A DNA stretch of 62,852 bases, filler included, from Octopus bimaculoides (lineage: Eukaryota), in NCBI RefSeq assembly GCF_001194135.2. It is 6 parts of 6 records of this genome, joined end to end, with 100 filler letters (N's around TTAATTAATTAA, not from the genome) between each part and the next. Parts side by side here need not be neighbours in the genome. Positions count along the whole stretch, not along the records: positions 61,793 to 62,852 come from NW_026326029.1; 5 more parts are not named here. The stretch is one strand, 5' to 3'. This document shows, one piece after another, positions 61,900 to 62,852 of the stretch (the stretch's first letter is position 1; each line of letters opens with the position of its first letter). The notes under the pieces were generated by a model, which did not search any database, had not been told where the DNA came from, and saw nothing but the letters and a program-made list of their open reading frames with translations. Both the position numbers and the translations under genes were made by a program.

Positions 61900-62620
61900 C
61901 ATTCCTCTCTGTCGAAGAGCGAATTCTCAAAACGTCTTTAACTTTTCGAGCCTACGCTCTTCTCGAGAAAGGATTGATGAAGAGAAAAAAAGAAATGTCA
62001 AGGAAAAAAAGAAAAAAAGAAAACGCGTCTGAATGTTGTAATGGCCGGAAGAGGAAGAAATTGGCATGAGTCGTTGGTTGCAAGGGAGGCAACAGTGACT
62101 TGGCATATATGTGTGTGCCTGTAAGTACAGATGTCCATTGAAAGTGTATAATCCAAAAGAACCAACGAAGCAATCACGGAGTTTGTATACTCCCAATTTG
62201 CTAGGAATAACAGCCAAATATCCCGCAAATCATACCCACACTTAGAACAAAATACGAAGGACACATTGAAAGGGCTTGCATAAAATATATATGCCGGATT
62301 CTTTGGATTCTTTACTCATATATGGGTCCTGTCTGAGTATGAAATATGTTTTCTTCATCTCCCTCACGACATACCAAATCATTACATATTATAAACTTTA
62401 ATAGAACCCAAGGGAGTCTGTTGCTGCTGCCTTATAAACAGGCTCTCATTAACTTAGATATGTTTTAATCTCAAAAACTTTGCACAGCAAGACTTAAATA
62501 TGTTTACATACATTATAACAGGTTAAACCATCTGCTGTATAATATCATGAGGAATTAATCTAAATATGCTTATTGAGCATTGTAATATCAAAGAAACATG
62601 AAACTTGAAAGAAAGGTTGT
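61900..62620 (-). mobile_element. Probable decayed PLE 3' end with family E terminus (minimal hammerhead-like motif at 61935-61972)
   Basis: Minus strand 'KLGVYKLRDC..G..Y' weakly resembles GIY-YIG; downstream CTTT-CTCGAGA-A-GAGC-gtag-GCTC-GAAA-AG-T-T-AAAG matches the 31869 motif. Confidence 0.5.
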
Positions 62621-62763
62621 TACAACCTAACGAGAGTGCCACGCGCTCGGCCCTGCAAGAAAAAGCAACCAAAATTCTACTCAGATTTCCTTCGTATCTT
62701 CTTACAGTTAATCAAATGTGAAGGCTGTTTTAGATTTTGTTATAGTAGATAATCTATGCCCAC

Positions 62764-62852
62764 GGGCATATGGCGTAGTGGTTAAAGAGCGCGGGTTACC
62801 AGGCCCAAGATTCCGAGTTCGATTCCAGGCAGTGACCTGAATAATAATAATA
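62764..62852 (+). mobile_element. Short tRNA-derived SINE with (AAT)n tail (runs to window end)
   Basis: A box TGGCGTAGTGG, B box GTTCGATTCC, followed directly by (AAT)n; no clean acceptor stem. Confidence 0.7.

Overview
Repeat-rich, gap-rich eukaryotic DNA, inferred to be Octopus (possibly O. bimaculoides) from a cephalopod-order mitochondrial insertion (trnL1-trnL2-nad1) and the repeat content; no database check was possible. Five 100-bp blocks (44 N + TTAATTAATTAA + 44 N) are scaffolding joins, so the window is six stitched pieces. The only host gene I can support is the last two coding exons (20651-20764, 23270-23410, +) of a PDZ + C-terminal tail-anchor protein, most likely SYNJ2BP/OMP25; its upstream exons were not found. 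The rest is SINEs (families A-F are my own working labels), decayed RTE, CR1-like, Gypsy and Penelope-like (PLE) retroelements, a solo LTR, a NUMT, foldback palindromes and microsatellites. Almost all ORFs in the supplied track are microsatellite or N artefacts. The most notable signal is a set of hammerhead-ribozyme motifs in PLE-like terminal repeats. These comprise a canonical type I, a minimal type I, and a candidate NON-circularly permuted hammerhead (strand order III'-GUC-I', II'-GAAA-III, I-CUGAUGA-II) present in two diverged copies with compensatory stem changes (49723-49795 +, 49024-49090 -) plus one truncated copy. Coordinates of decayed repeats are approximate.
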